Origin: Botryllus schlosseri
Lineage: Eukaryota
DNA: 64,000 bases
Assembly: GCA_051294905.1 (NCBI GenBank)
Contig: CM119371.1
Span: forward strand, 34,784,001-34,848,000
Direction: 5' to 3'
A program made the translations under genes and the position numbers. The notes beneath the pieces are model-generated. The model ran no database searches. It saw only the letters and a list, made by a program, of their open reading frames with translations, and was not told where the DNA came from. Shown piece by piece: positions 36,110-49,851 of the stretch; position 1 is the stretch's first letter, and each line of letters begins with the position of its first letter.

Positions 36110-39100
36110 ATGAAGCTTAGCGTGCTTGTAGCAATCTTACTAGGTGGGTACCGATCGTAGAGCTAGTAATGGTTATTTTAGGGCAAGTCTTTGCAGATTT
36201 TGCAACTTTTTTTGCAACTTCCGGCAGCTTCCTAAATACTCGGAAGTTATGCAGTATAATGTTTTAACCTGATTGGAGGAATCATATATTGCGACTTTTC
36301 TTAATTTTTTTTCATGCAACTTTTTGCAACCTTTTCGATTTTTCATGTAACATTTTGCAACTCTTTTCGATTTTTTACAAGTTTTGGCAAGTTTTTTCGA
36401 TTTTTCATGCAACCAACTTTTTACTGGAATTGGCACTATATGTAAATAGGTCCTTTCTGATTTGTCGTACATTCAGGCTACACAACCCGACAATTATATT
36501 TTATTTTTTTAAGCTAATGATTTTGTTGCAGTCGCCAACATTGAGTTTTGCTACAGTGCCTTGGATACGGTACGACTCGAATATCTCATATCCTAATAAT
36601 TTCAAGGAACTTGTCCATAAATGCAACTTTCTAGTGGAACTTTTGTGAAAATTAAATGCAACTTTTTACTGAAACTTTTGTGCAAAATAAATGCAAATTT
36701 CCACGGATTTGACTGCTACAAAAACTTGTCCTAGTTATTATTCATGTTCTCACCATGATTGCGTCACAATGGATGTGACTTAGTGCGGGGTAAGATCATA
36801 TATAACTTATCTCCATAGGTTAATTATCTATGGTAAGACACGAAGGTCAAATTGCAACAAACATCACATCATGTATGAAATATCGTCTTCAGCTGGGGAC
36901 AGAGTAGGGACTTATAATAATCAAATTGAAGGCCCATTGAATTTTGATATCTATCTCAGTAAACGCTCTACTTCTGAGAGCGGACCCAGTCTATATCAAA
37001 TACGCTCTAGAACAGTGGTTCTCAACCGGGGTCCGCGAAGCATTTTCAGGGGTCCGCGAAACCTCTAAGTTTACAAGATAGTTAATAACCCAATTTGTAA
37101 TTTTTGAATTAAGAAAATCACGAGGCAGTTCCGCTTCAATAAAAACCCCAAACTCACATCAACAGAATGACCGTCTGGAATGAAATATCCTGCTGTGCAG
37201 ACTCGTTGTAATTGCTAAGCTGCCTATAGCCTATACTGATAGAAATATTTTGGTGTTTAGAAATGTTTTGTTGGGGATTGTGGAAAACATAAAAAAGTTG
37301 AATTAGCAAGGTCAATCACGGTGTCATGTTTATTGCGATCATACCCAAATGTGTCGTCGGAAGCGTTACACGTTATTATTGCATTCGCCACCACCTGTTT
37401 TGTATAAATAGATTTTCGGCACTCGTTCATATCAGATCGAAGGCGCGGATTTCCAGGACACGACCACGTATTTCTTGAAATGCAGAACTCGTTTTAAAAT
37501 GACAAAAGTCAATTTCTACAGGAATAGTATATGATGCTATTGCCAAGAAAAGTCATTTTGTTTCTATTTATCATTAGCCTGCTGTTATCATTTGCACAAG
37601 ATAAATGACGATTGCACGATAATTGAGATAAATTTGTCCTAGAACTCCAGGGAGTCCATGGGGTCCGTGCCGGTCCAAAGGCGGTCCGCCAATACAAAAA
37701 GGTTGAGAACCACTGCTCTAGACTAATAGAAAATGAAAAATTTTTTGAGTGTTTACTGCCCATGCTCAGTTCGAATGCTAATGTTCAAGGGAGTGGGTTT
37801 CGAAAACAGGACGATGCTCCACATCTTACCGTCATTGACCATTGTGATCGTGTCCAATGATTGAATCTTCGTTGAAAGTGCTGGTTACATATTTTGGTAT
37901 GTTGCAGGAACCACTTTTAGCAACCTTACCGCGGCAGGGTGTCCAACTTCGACACTACTTCGTGACTCCGAGGGCACGGTCAACTATGGGGGCAGTGAAG
38001 CGGAAAAGAAAATATGCAGATGGACATTTCCAGTATTCGCAGCAAAAAAGAGCATCATTGTCATTAAAATTATATCGCTTTCATTGTACAACAGCGGATG
38101 TCTCGGAATTTTGCGCTTCCCAGGTTGGTATATGCCAGCAATACGAATTACCTTACATCCGAAATCTCTTTTAAATTCTAATTTTGCGGTTTTTGACCAT
38201 ATTATAGTCATTCTGGAGATAGGTATTCAGAATTGAAAATGGCATTCGAAATTTATAACAGAAAGGAGTCTTGAGTTAAAGCCGGTGGATTTAGCGAGAG
38301 AAAGTAGAGATATTTGATGAAAATATTGTAACGATTGGTTGTAAGAGGCGTAGGAGCTTCAAGTATGAATATGAATCGAAAACCCGGTTTTTAGAAGTAG
38401 GCCTATCGTAAGAATTCTTTGCTCTCAATCGAACATATCGCATCACTTTATAGCACCGTAATACAATGATCAATGCAATCATCTTCCATACATCAATCAC
38501 AGATTTGGCAGCGTTCTGTAAGAAGCCAGTCGGTTTCTGCATTGTCTACTCCTATTATCCGGCATGCGAGGACGAACATGTTCACGGCATCATTCAAGAC
38601 GCAAATTGCACAGATTTCGTCTGGCTTAACAATAAATCAACATCATGGGATTTTCGGTACCAAGTTAAAAGAGAAGGGACATTGTCATTTTCGCTTGATT
38701 ACAAGCGTTTTCCCTGTAACTCGAGTAAGTGATTCAATTAACCATTTAAAGGCTTGCTTCACTTAACTTTTATCTTTACAAAATGAACTGCCACACGCCA
38801 CATCATTTTTTCGCTTGCCTTTTATATCCTCTGCTTTACTTTTCGTTCAGTGTGCATTTGTGCATGCCTCTTCTCTACTTCGCCTAAGCCAAGGTGGGTT
38901 TTTGATCTCAAAGACTAATCCAAGTCGTTTCGAAACCTTCCTATCTTTTCATTGTATCGCAGTTTTGTAGTATTTTGAAATGATGAAAATATTATTAAAG
39001 TGATACTATACTGATACTCTAGCGCAGTGATTCCCAAGCTTTTCTACCCACGTACCACTTCGAGGTTTTATGCAGTGCTCGCGTACCATCTACATATGTC

Positions 39101-42100
39101 ACGTGCGCCGTAGTTGATCAAAAAAATGTTTCCATCATCTATTACGTCATAATCACGTATTTGACCTGTGAGGTGTAATAACTAGGGCGTTATTTATACG
39201 TAAAAACGGAGGATTTTGACCTGAAAAATCTAAATTTTGACATTAATTTGACTCATTTTGACATGTCAGAAAAATCGCCCTAATGATAACAAATTCTACT
39301 AAACTAGGCGTTATCAGCCAGGGTTAATGGGATGCATGGAATTCTTTTCTCACCACCAGTCAGAAAACTGCAAAAACTTCAAAATCAACCCAACTGAACT
39401 AATAACTCTCTTCGGTCGAAAATAAAGAATCTTCTCGCGTATACCACCCGGAAGACCTTCGCGTACCACGAGTGGTACCCCGACCGCAGGTTGGGAACGA
39501 CTGCTCTAGCGTTATCAAACATGCTGATATATAGTTGTGAGAATTAGCAGGAATGTATATAGGCTAATGAGCCGACCCTATACCAATGTAGCAAAATAAA
39601 ACAGAATTTTTCCCACTGTATGTGTGAATTTCAATATTGATTGCAGAGGCGACAGCTAAGTCCACAGGACAAATGACGACATCACGTAAGTAACCTATAT
39701 CGACTCCACGTATATTCAGTAGGGGAGACCGGGGACAAATGTAACTAGGGGCAAATGTAACAATCGACCTCACCGTTAGTAGGGTGGAGAAAACGCCTTG
39801 ATATTTTGAGTGCGCATGCGGTAGTTATCTATGCTAACATACCTGAAGTTACGTTTAGCTACAATGCGATACCTCGTAATAATTTGAAAAAATGTTGGAC
39901 ACTTGAGTAAATATTTTCTGGTCTAGAACAATTAGTTCAGAGGAATAGTACCTCAAGTGGTTGCAACGTAATATATGTAGCTTGGACATTTTGGGCTCTC
40001 TTTCGAAATTTTGGACTCTTTGAGTAAATATTTTCTGGTCTGTAATAATTTTTTCCGGCGAATAGTACTCGAATGGTTACAACGTGATACGTGTAGCTGG
40101 AACAACGTAACCATAGTCTACCGTGATGATAGAACGGTGCTTTACAACCTGTGTGACGGTTCGCACTTGTGCGAATAAATAATTGCAGTGCGAATGACGA
40201 AGGTGGTGCGAACGGTGCGAATGAAAATCCGGGTCAAGTACGAATGAAAATCGTGATTAATTATTACCTTTTTTGACGTGGAATAATTCAAATAAACCTA
40301 ATAGGAAATTTACGATCAGTGTAAATTTTGTAGTTGCGACGCAATTGCAAAAAACGACGCACCACTGATCGTAGCTCTCACAAGCCGTAGTTAATTATTA
40401 TTACCGCACTCTAATTATTACGTAACCCAAAGCCTGGTTTGAAAGCTGGTGTAGTGACAGTATAGAGATCTGTACAATCTCTATAGTGGCAGACATACAG
40501 TATCCGCCCGTCTGAGCCTGCGACAGGCTGGGAAAATGACGTCAAAGTGACTTTCTGCTTTCTTTCGCTAAATAATCAACATAATTTTAGTAATAACTGT
40601 CCGATTTGCGCGAGGCACAAGGATAGTAGTAAATACCATCATTACAGACTCACATTCGGAAGTTACTGTAACGCAAATTTTTACCCCTGCAAGTGTATAA
40701 TTTTGGGTCGACACGGTGCCAGAGCTATCTTTTAATATGTATGTCATATTTGTTGAATTTATCGCAAAAAATTCTGCGAAAGTTTTTACATATCCAAGAT
40801 CACTGTGTTGGGTATTGTAGCCAATTTGCGAGACACGCATTAAATATGACTTTATCATGAAAATTCATGATAAGATTTGTTCGACTGTTTTTTTCATGGT
40901 CGAAGACCGTTGGGATGAGCTAGTGTAGCTGTAGGAGTGTGCAACGAGCGAGTTCAGGCCTCCGAGACCCATTCATTTCCAGACCAACCCCTTGAAGACG
41001 TAAAGTTTTGACGAACAAACCGCTGATAAAACGCGGTGCCAAAAACATAAGCGGCGACAAAACCTTGGTCTAAAAATGACCGATACTGGATGGCCAAACC
41101 TTTCAAGATGGATTGAATATGCTCCGTTGTCGGCACGGAATAGTCCCGTTCTTGCAATATGAGGACTGAGGAGACAGTAATACAGCTGCGATGCACAGAG
41201 GTATTTAATTCGCCCTAGTTCGAAATCGGGTGCGTAAGACATGTTTTGTAGAGCTGTGTTGTGTAGAATTGTGGTGTGCGCGTTCTGTATGTCGTACATG
41301 CCCGTAAAATCGTAGCATACAGCTGTAATATTAAACATAAATTCCTTTTCATGTGTGAGGCTCGGATCGCGAGATGCCACAAAAACTCAAATTTTGGTGG
41401 TAGTCTGAAGGCTGCTTTATCGTTAATGTCATGAATTCTCAAGTTGGATTGAGCTAAAGAGTACAACACACAGTATCGCGAGTTATTTGTTCTTCTCCTA
41501 AACTTGCGACCCAGAAGTTGGAGCAACGTATCATCAGGTAGCGAGCTCTAATGTGGCTACTCTTCTTGATCGTTTTGCACCTTATGTTCCAAAGAAATAA
41601 AGCAAAAGCTTCAACACAAACATGTGGGTTTTTCATCCTTTCGACAAACTGGAGCCACGCGGGACCTTTGTCTCCAGCTCTTGAATACGATTTCTGCCAG
41701 CAAGCATTTTTCACTCGCAGATAATACGCTGCATTTTGGATAGGGGTGCAGAACAGATTTTAAGACCTGGCCATCTAAGCCCTAAGTAGACATTTTTGCA
41801 CATATTCCCAACAACATTGTTTGGCCGTGAAGGGTTTTAGTGAAATAATTGAAAGCAAAGCGAGCGAAAAAAGTTACCTTTTTAATAAGACACTTGGTAG
41901 CTTAAGCTACATACTAACCAATTTGTTGCAAATCTGAACAAAATGTTTTTAAGTAGGCCTATATTCATCTTCTTTTGGTATAACAATTTTTGTATAACAA
42001 CGATTAGTTTGTGCGAATGAAATTTATTTTACAAAAAAAGTGCGAACGGAGCTCAAAAAGGTTGAAAAGCACTGTGATAGAATAACTAGGACTTGCATCG

Positions 42101-45100
42101 CCTGGAAGGTACTATACTGAGACACTAATCATGGTCGAACGTACCATGGCAATTGTAACACTCTGTTACTTCTGCCCCGTCACAATGTCTTTCCAGTGCT
42201 GCATATCTTCGTTCATATGTTGGTGTAACCATTTATGTACAGCAGATGGATCTTGCAACAGACAGAAGTTCAATACCAGAACAGATACAACCTTGTCATG
42301 CCAATTCTAACATGATCATCTGTTGGAACGGCCATATAAAAGTGGTGATGTGAATCTTAGGGATCGGTTATTTCCGTGTTTCAACCACCCTTTCTGTTGT
42401 TGATCGACTTTTGGTGAGTCGACCTTCAATAGTAACTAAAGAACTTGCCTATGACTGAATCCTTTTCCCCTGACTTTGAGCATGGCCCACTTACATTTTG
42501 TCATTTGGTGTGAACAATTTATTTCAATTTTGTACAGAACAAAAGAATGCCATTAGCTTTGACGCCACATACTGCTGTGACCTCGTTTGCTATACTATCA
42601 TCGACCAATATATTTTAGCCAGGTCGGTTTCGCACCTTCACCGGTGACCGAATGCCCAACCTATCATGTACGCTTAACAACAGCACCTTGGCAGATGAGG
42701 CCGAATACGCATATAGGATGATGATGGACTGATTGTGTTTCTTGAGCACTTTGAGCTCATGAAAAAGGCACGAAGGGTGATACTGTATTCGGATGCCAAA
42801 AATGTGATGGAGCGTAGCCTGAAAGCGTTAAAACTTCTCTTTATTCAGTTTAATACAATAATAGAATTTGTGCTCCCGTTATCGTTTCTCATTTCGTTTG
42901 TTTTAGTTTTAAATAGCACTGTTATAATTGCCCCGCATTGGTGGTACAATTGCCCCTTGGTACAAGCGATTGAAACATATGAGCAGCAATTTTTGCGACT
43001 CAAAATTTCCATGATTTTTTGTCGATTGAGTTCCATTCTAGTTTTTATGTCACGTATCGAGTAGTTGGCTTCTTTCTATAAAACTTTGGAAATGAAATTT
43101 CCATGAGAAAAACACGTAATGTTAGAAAATACAAAAAGTGTTACAATTGTCCCCGATCTCCCCTACTTTATACAATATAGCCACAAGACCCAAGCTTACA
43201 ATCTTACATCGGTAGGCCTGTTGACCATGCACATTGCACACTCCAGTTAAAAAGGTATGCATTTATAGAGACTATACAGCGCTACCCGGCAGTTAGGTAG
43301 TGACATGTAGTGTTGGTCAGTAATGAACTATTTCCTCTTGCAGTAGATTTTGCCTAGTTACACTACTTTTTCAAGTGGTTATGTTGTTGACTACTTCTAT
43401 TTAACAGTTTCCGTTATCTAGGCTAAACTACTGCTAGAATACTCACTTTTTACTTTCTTGGAAATTGCTACATCTCCTTGTACTTGCATAGAAATTTAGG
43501 ACGTTAATTCTACTTGAGTTTTAACGATGACTACTTTGCCAATCTCTGATGACATGTTACAGCCAAATCTTTGTTGGTTTGTGTTATTCATGGTGTTTGT
43601 CGACTACTATGGTCTACACCAGGCCGATATTCTTCACTTTTATTCCGTAACTGCCGACTTATAGCACGGTCACTTCTGCATGGGCTTTTTGTAAGACACC
43701 GCTTACGCGGATGAGGTGGCGAGGAGAAGCCAACACATATAGGAATTATGTATTTTGCATACTGAATTCGGTATAGGAATTCTAAAGTCGACCTCGGTCG
43801 GACTTGAACCCGCAACCCATTGGTGTTGCAGCCGCGGATTATACAATATGTTACTGGCTTTGTGGTTTAAACATCAATAACATAACATCCTTTTCCGGGG
43901 TGCTGTTAGCACAGTATTACAAATGTGTGCTATTAGAACGCTTTACTAGCTTAATAAATTTCAATAATGGGGACATAATATGGCGTTCTTGACCTGTGTG
44001 CGGCGAGTATTACTTGTTAACATTGTCGCGTTCTGTATTGGTCGTTGAATGCGATTGTTCAAGTTGACTTCGTTTGGCCCAATTTATTCAACCTAACATC
44101 CCAATCCGCTTCGAAACAGTCACTCCACAGTTCAAGTCAGTCGCAACAGGAAACGAAACAGCGCAACCAGAGGCGATTGGTGATGGAATCTCGTCAGGAA
44201 CGCTGGCCGGAGTCATTGTGTTTTTCATACTGCTTCTGCTGGCGTGTCTAGGAATTATCTTCTGGCTGTACATTCGGTAAGTGATTTCCCGTCCGTGTGG
44301 TGTTTGCGGTAAGATGCCTGCTGTTTTCTATATGCCGAACCAAAGCTCATATCCGTTACACCCATCCATACTAACGACTAACGAGTATATCTTGTTCACT
44401 TCAAGTCCACTTTCGCTTGTGAAAATGAGAGATTACTCTCGCTCGCGACGGTATGTAGCCGCCATAGCTCAGTGGTTAGAGCACTGGTCTTGTAAACCAG
44501 GGGTCGTGAGTTCGATCCTCACTGGTGGCTTTTTATTTGCTCCTTCACTCATGACCAGACATGGGGTAATCGCGATTAGTAATCGTTATCGATTACGACG
44601 ATTACAGCATTTTCAAGTAATCGTAATCGCAATCGATTACATTCGAAAAAATCCCGAAGTAATCGTAATCGTAATCGACTACTTCGCATATTTAATCGAT
44701 TTTTTTTGTGAAAGAACGATTACTTTTTATTTGTACAAGGACTGTGACATGAACTGAACACTCGTGAACAAGGAAGATATATTATTCGAGTTATTGAGAG
44801 CACAAACGTCTGATTTTCAAACGCCACTGCTCATTATTACGTCAGAGGTAGCCTATTAGCTTTGCTCGTCTTTGCGTAGGAAGTGTCCACGCATAGTAAA
44901 TAGATATTCGATGTACATTAGAGTGATTGTAAGAAAACCCACCGTGATGTATATCGGTTTACCAATACATTTCAGACGCCGCTATACCTCGCATCAGGAT
45001 AATTAATCATAATCACCTCTCTGCCTAAGTTAAAATAGCAACTTTTATATTGATGTTTGGTTATGCTTAATTAAACTAACAGAATGTAATAGTTCTGATT

Positions 45101-47274
45101 CTAGAGTTAAATGCAGTTTCACCGTTGCTGCTTGGCGAGCAGTAGGTCTATATGGTACGAACGTACAGCAGACAGAGGTTGAAAATTTTCTACTCGTCAA
45201 ATAAAACATTACGGTTTCCACAACGAAGCATCAAAATCAACAGCTGCTGATATATATCATAACTGCGCCGTTGTTTTTCTGTTTCTCGTAATGGCAGCTT
45301 GCATTACATTATCTGCATTAAGTTGAAGGCAGAATTTTATGTTCACTTTGTGTTATTCTCTTATTATTCTACTCAAAACGGGCGCCAATCGCTATTTCAC
45401 AATTCTTTACTGAACATTTGGACTTGCCGCCATAGCCATGAGCGCGGGTTGCAGCTAGAATCAGGATCAAAACAACCAAACTTTGGTCTTGGGCCCCCAT
45501 AGGGTAATCAGTTTGGAAGTCTCAGCGCTCGATGGTCAGATTTACCTGAGGGGGGCACGTAATTCATAATTATAACCTCTTGTATCTTGCAATAATTACT
45601 TTATTGTATGTTTTTAATTCGTGACCTCCGGTCTGTTATATAGCCAAAAGATATTGATTGTAGTGGCCCAAACAGCAGACTAAAAGAAAAACTTGCGTCA
45701 GACGCACACACAAATTGCCATGTCTAATACTCTGTGGGTGCCCGGGTGGCATTTGCAGCGTGGGCTAAGATTGGACACATACCCTAAGTTTTGCCCACTG
45801 TATTTCTTTACTAGCACACTTCGTGGAGTCTCATGTTGGCCGAAACTGCATATGTCTTTTGATGTGTCGAGGAGCGGTATTGACTGGCACCTAAATGCCT
45901 ATTACTATGAATTATGCATGCTTTATTTCTTGAGCGGGAGACCTATGCATTTCGAAATCAAGCTATTTAGAGACATTTAAATCGCAAGGTTCAAAGAGAA
46001 ATTCCGAGTTAATGAAATCTCTAGAAAATGCTCTATAATTTATGTTGGTTTACAAAATAATTCTGAGTCCCCTCCAACCACGCTCCAAACCCTATTGGGG
46101 AATTGGGGGTGCGGCAGTTATGGACCTGACAAGAATGCAAATCATTGGGTGAGATAAACCGTCCTCTATAAAATGGGCAATGGGTACATTATGACGTAAA
46201 AAGGAAATGTCCCATTTTTTTTAAGGACAGTTGTTATATCATTGGGCCTTTCCAGCGCAATCCAATTATTGTCTTCCAATATAACTACTACGATGCGAAA
46301 TAAATGTAATCGTGAGTAATCGTGATTACTTTTCCAATGTAATCGTAATCGTAATCGACTACTTCCCGATTTTGCTGTAATCGTAATCGTAATCGTAATC
46401 GCGTGATTCAGAAGTAATCGTAATCGCAATCGATTACATTCATGAATTAATCACCCCATGTCTGCTCATGACATTGATCATCGTGGAACTACACACGCCG
46501 TTACTTCTGATTTATCGATTCAATCCTATCAAAAATGTAAAAGTAAGTAGTATTGCATAAAAATTTTAAGTAGAAGTGAAAGTATCTGTTCATGACATCG
46601 CATTGTGTCTTATCGCATTGTACATTGTGTGTGACTGTTCAGATTAAAAATATAACCCAACAATGTTATGTTATGTCATGTTAAGTATATAGTCTGACTG
46701 AAAGACATAACCACTAGCGTATACTTCAACTAGGCAAAACATACATTAGTACTATGGAAAATCAGACATTACTGCGTTACTAACCCTCTCTATAGTAAAA
46801 CCCAACCTTTTGCTGCGGAGTTTTCATCGCTACATTGTTCACAATCCTGAAGAGTTGCATACTAGAGTGGATTTGAGCGGTAATTATTAAGCTGTTCTCT
46901 GGCTCTATTTCAGTGTGCGAAAACTGAAAGCCGGGTCCAGACTACCGCGAGTGCAATACGAGCTAGCGAAACCGCGCGACATCACAGTTCTGCAAATATC
47001 CAACCCTATAGCGGTCGACGACACCGCGAACGGAGAATCTCACTTCCCGCTACACGGCGAACACCGTAGCAACCGTCTCCTACAGCTAACAGAAGATGGA
47101 GCTTCTGAAAACCAAACAGAACAAATGCACAACGACGAGAACTACGGAGACGAAATTCAACAGGACTATAATTCGTTTACATCTGACGACAGTGTGGCTG
47201 AAGACGTACCCGAGGACGACCCTGCTTACGCCTACGCGACGGTCAGGAAAAGAGCGGCGACTAATGCCACGTGA
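36110..47274 (+). CDS. Type I membrane protein: signal peptide, divergent CUB-like ectodomain, one TM helix, Tyr-motif cytoplasmic tail (5 exons, 329 aa)
   Basis: Exons 36110-36143, 37908-38123, 38503-38724, 44120-44276 and 46914-47274 all have GT-AG boundaries with compatible phases (1,1,1,2) and total 990 nt without an internal stop. Starts MKLSVLVAILLG; CUB-like pattern GCPTSTLLRDSEGTVNY..CRWTF..IIVIKIISLSL..C; TM LAGVIVFFILLLLACLGIIFWLYI followed by RVRKLK. The exon 4 acceptor could be a nearby alternative AG. Confidence 0.8.
37013..37715 (+). mobile_element. Family A MITE (intron 1 of the CUB-like gene)
   Basis: TIR cagtggttctcaacc / ggttgagaaccactg, TSD ctctagaa/ctctagac. Confidence 0.93.
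39025..39503. mobile_element. hAT-type MITE (CGTACC repeats) with a nested 100-bp TAGGGCG element at about 39183-39282
   Basis: TIR cagtgattcccaa / ttgggaacgactg, perfect TSD ctctagcg; inner element tagggcg / cgcccta with flanks gtaataac/atgataac. Confidence 0.88.
39717..43168 (-). mobile_element. Decayed Tc1/mariner (pogo-like) element
   Basis: TIR agtaggggagaccggggacaaatgtaac / gttacaattgtccccgatctcccctact. The minus strand near 42550-42590 reads VTAVCGVKANG, like the DDE_1 motif VTAVC..SASG. Many stops. Confidence 0.7.
40135..42074. mobile_element. hAT-type element nested in the pogo-like element
   Basis: TIR cggtgctttacaacct / aggttgaaaagcactg, perfect TSD tgatagaa, GTGCGAA subterminal repeats. 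Confidence 0.88.
43650..43860 (-). mobile_element. SINE copy related to 27507-27845
   Basis: Reverse complement contains gctgcaacaccaatgggttgcgggttcaagtccgaccgaggtcgact and ccgcgtaagcggtgtctta. Confidence 0.6.
44458..44530 (+). tRNA. tRNA-Thr(TGT), intronic
   Basis: Acceptor gccgcca/tggtggc, anticodon arm ctggt-ctTGTaa-accag, T arm gtgag-ttcgatc-ctcac, immediately followed by an oligo-T Pol III terminator. Confidence 0.96.
44556..46464. mobile_element. hAT-type element (CAGACATGGGGT TIR, GTAATC/GATTAC repeats)
   Basis: TIR cagacatggggt / accccatgtctg, perfect TSD ctcatgac; inserted 25 nt after the tRNA-Thr(TGT). Confidence 0.92.
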
Positions 47275-47525
47275 CTTGACCCTTGATTGAACAAGGCTTT
47301 GTTCAATATCGAGGTATAGTCTCTGTGCGGATGCGGACGTCTTTGAATCTCGGTATTTCAGACGCGGGGGGTTAGCTGAGAGACGGGTTGATTATTCAGA
47401 CACCGCGCAGTACTAGGGCTCACTGCGAGAGGATAACAAACAGGGATCTATCGAACAATACATGCAAACACCGACACAGTGACATATTTCACATTTGCAG
47501 CAGTCAGATTTGGCCCATTAAATAC

Positions 47526-48502
47526 TAGTGTTAGGATCAAGTCACTACCTTCGAGTCACGAGTCATTTCGAGTCATTGCACATTTTGACTCGAGTCAAGT
47601 CAGGTCAATCGATTTTCGAAGGTGACTCGAGTCAAGTCAAGTCAATCGATTTTCGAAGGTGATTCGAGTCAAGTCAAGTCACTCGATTTTTGGAGGTGAC
47701 TCGAGTCAAGTCGAGTCAAGTCAAGTCACGAGTCAAGTCACATTTCAAGCCAAGTTGCCTTTTCGAAGTATGAGGCTTACCTACGCCATTGCATTTTGCT
47801 AGCTATTTGAAATACAGATTAACTGGTCATTGATTTTGAACCGATGAACTAATATGAAGTTTAATATATACACGTAAGACGGCGCTGTATCGCTTACAGA
47901 TACTTAGAAATGCTAAACTACGCAGGTATAATTGCATGGCCTCAGTTCATAGTTACCAGCCAAAATAGAGATTTGAGAAACGAATTGATAAGATGCAATA
48001 CATATCCCATTTACAAATGGATATGATACAATTCGAGCCTGCGCGAATTGTCGAGGACTATATAATCTATCTTAGAATTTAATTTCAATAAAACAAGAGG
48101 TTTTGCTCCGGTACATAGAACAGTAATAGACATTTTTCTATTAAAATACTATACTATACCAGTTTACGACAGCGTAAGCTGTAAGTTTCGATCACTTCGT
48201 AAGCGGTCAATATATTCGTGAGAGAACAATGGGGAGGCTCAGTAAAACGCACGATAATTGAATGATTGGTCTCTCTCACGGGTTACACCGGAGTTTCACG
48301 AACAATCCGATTGCAAGATACAGTGATTTTTATCGACATCGATTGCTCGATGACTTGAAATTGACTCGTGAATTTTGCTTCGAGTCACGATTCAATCCAC
48401 ATTTCTAATACGCCGAGTCAAGTCAAGTCAAGTCAATTTAACAAAGTGACTCGAGTCAAGTCAAGTCATACGAAAAAGGTGACTCGAATCATCCCAAGAC
48501 TG
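47526..48502 (+). mobile_element. Family D MITE
   Basis: Homologous to 16593-17539; perfect TSD ttaaatac. Confidence 0.92.
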
Positions 48503-49163
48503 TTAAATACATCTAGTTGTGCGAGATGCAGGTAATCTAATTCTTATCCAATTTGCGAAATGTTTCCATGCGTTCATTTTAATTCTGATCTAATTTCTGG
48601 TATTCGCGAAAGGTCTAAACGAGCCATGAGGTTTTGTGAACATTGAACAGTTATTTGCTATTTTTGTAAGCATGATAATGAAATCTGATTTGATACGAAC
48701 TGAACTCGATATTTGTTGTACTTCTTTCCAATTGGGAATTTACTTCTATTTCCAAGTATTTTCGAATTCAGTAATTCTGATCTGATATGAAAAAATGTGT
48801 AGCTATAATAGGGCTGCTAGACTTCCGGATTTCCGGACTGGTCCGGAATTATAGTGTTCAAACTGCGTCCGGAAAGAAACGCTAAAATATGCTTAAATGT
48901 CCGGAATTTAGTAAAAATTATATTTTAGCCCTAGGTTTCTTGGTTGATTCTATTTCCACTTCCAATTTTTCTAGTTATCGAACGTTCTCAGCTTGCAAAA
49001 GCTATGCTTTAAACCATTCTCGTATATGATCGTTTCGGTTTAGTAGCAATTTTTATCAGTTCAATACACCACAAAAATTGAGATACAATGAAAAGATAGG
49101 AAGGTGTTTAAACGATTACTTGGAGTAGTCTTTGAAATCAGACACCCCCACCTTGACGTAGGC

Positions 49164-49851
49164 CAGGGGCGGGCAACTTCTCCAGTCGGCGGGCCGCAAT
49201 ATGGGTAAATGAAGTACTTGGCGGGCCGGATTCCTGAATGGAGACACAAAACGCGCGTTTATCAACCTATACAAGGATTAATTGTATTTAATATAAATTT
49301 TTAGTTTGAAGCATAGAAACCAAAACAGTATACAATGAATTTAATAATGTAATGTATTTCTATAGCTGTTGAATGATACATCTGTGGTCAATCTAAGTTG
49401 TGAACATGTTATTTGAACTCTGGCTGCATGTCGCACACAAAGAAAACAAAGAGCCATAAGATTAACTAAAAATCGCTATCATTTGTGTCCGAAAAAAAAT
49501 GAATAGCCTACGGTCTCTATAATTGGATGTAGTGAGGAAGTAGTGGAGAATTACGCTAGACTGTGAGCGCGAGTCGTATGTTGCGCCCTCTGGTGTAATG
49601 TAGGCCTATATACGAATTAACGAGGGCTGGGATTTTTCCCATTTTATCAGGATATCAATTCATTACGGTTGAGTACATGCGTAAATACCGGTAATTCCAT
49701 CCTTTCAGTGTTGACGAACTTACGCGTATGCTCCACTTTGGCACTGTACTCACACGCACACACACACACGCTAAAGAATAACCTGCAGTTACTAGGCCTA
49801 TTGTGTGACGTAATAAGCAGGTATAATGGGGCCGTATGTTGCCCGTCCTTG
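49164..49851. mobile_element. hAT-type MITE (CAGGGGCGGGCAAC TIR)
   Basis: Ends caggggcgggcaac / gttgcccgtccttg, with taggc repeated on both flanks; the left end matches the element at 6081. Confidence 0.8.

Noticed and set aside
37857..38174. 105-aa track ORF
   Set aside because: Wrong frame; the splice-compatible frame of 37908-38123 encodes the CUB-like segment.
44281..44757. 158-aa ORF
   Set aside because: Starts at GTG in an intron and runs through a tRNA gene and MITE repeats.
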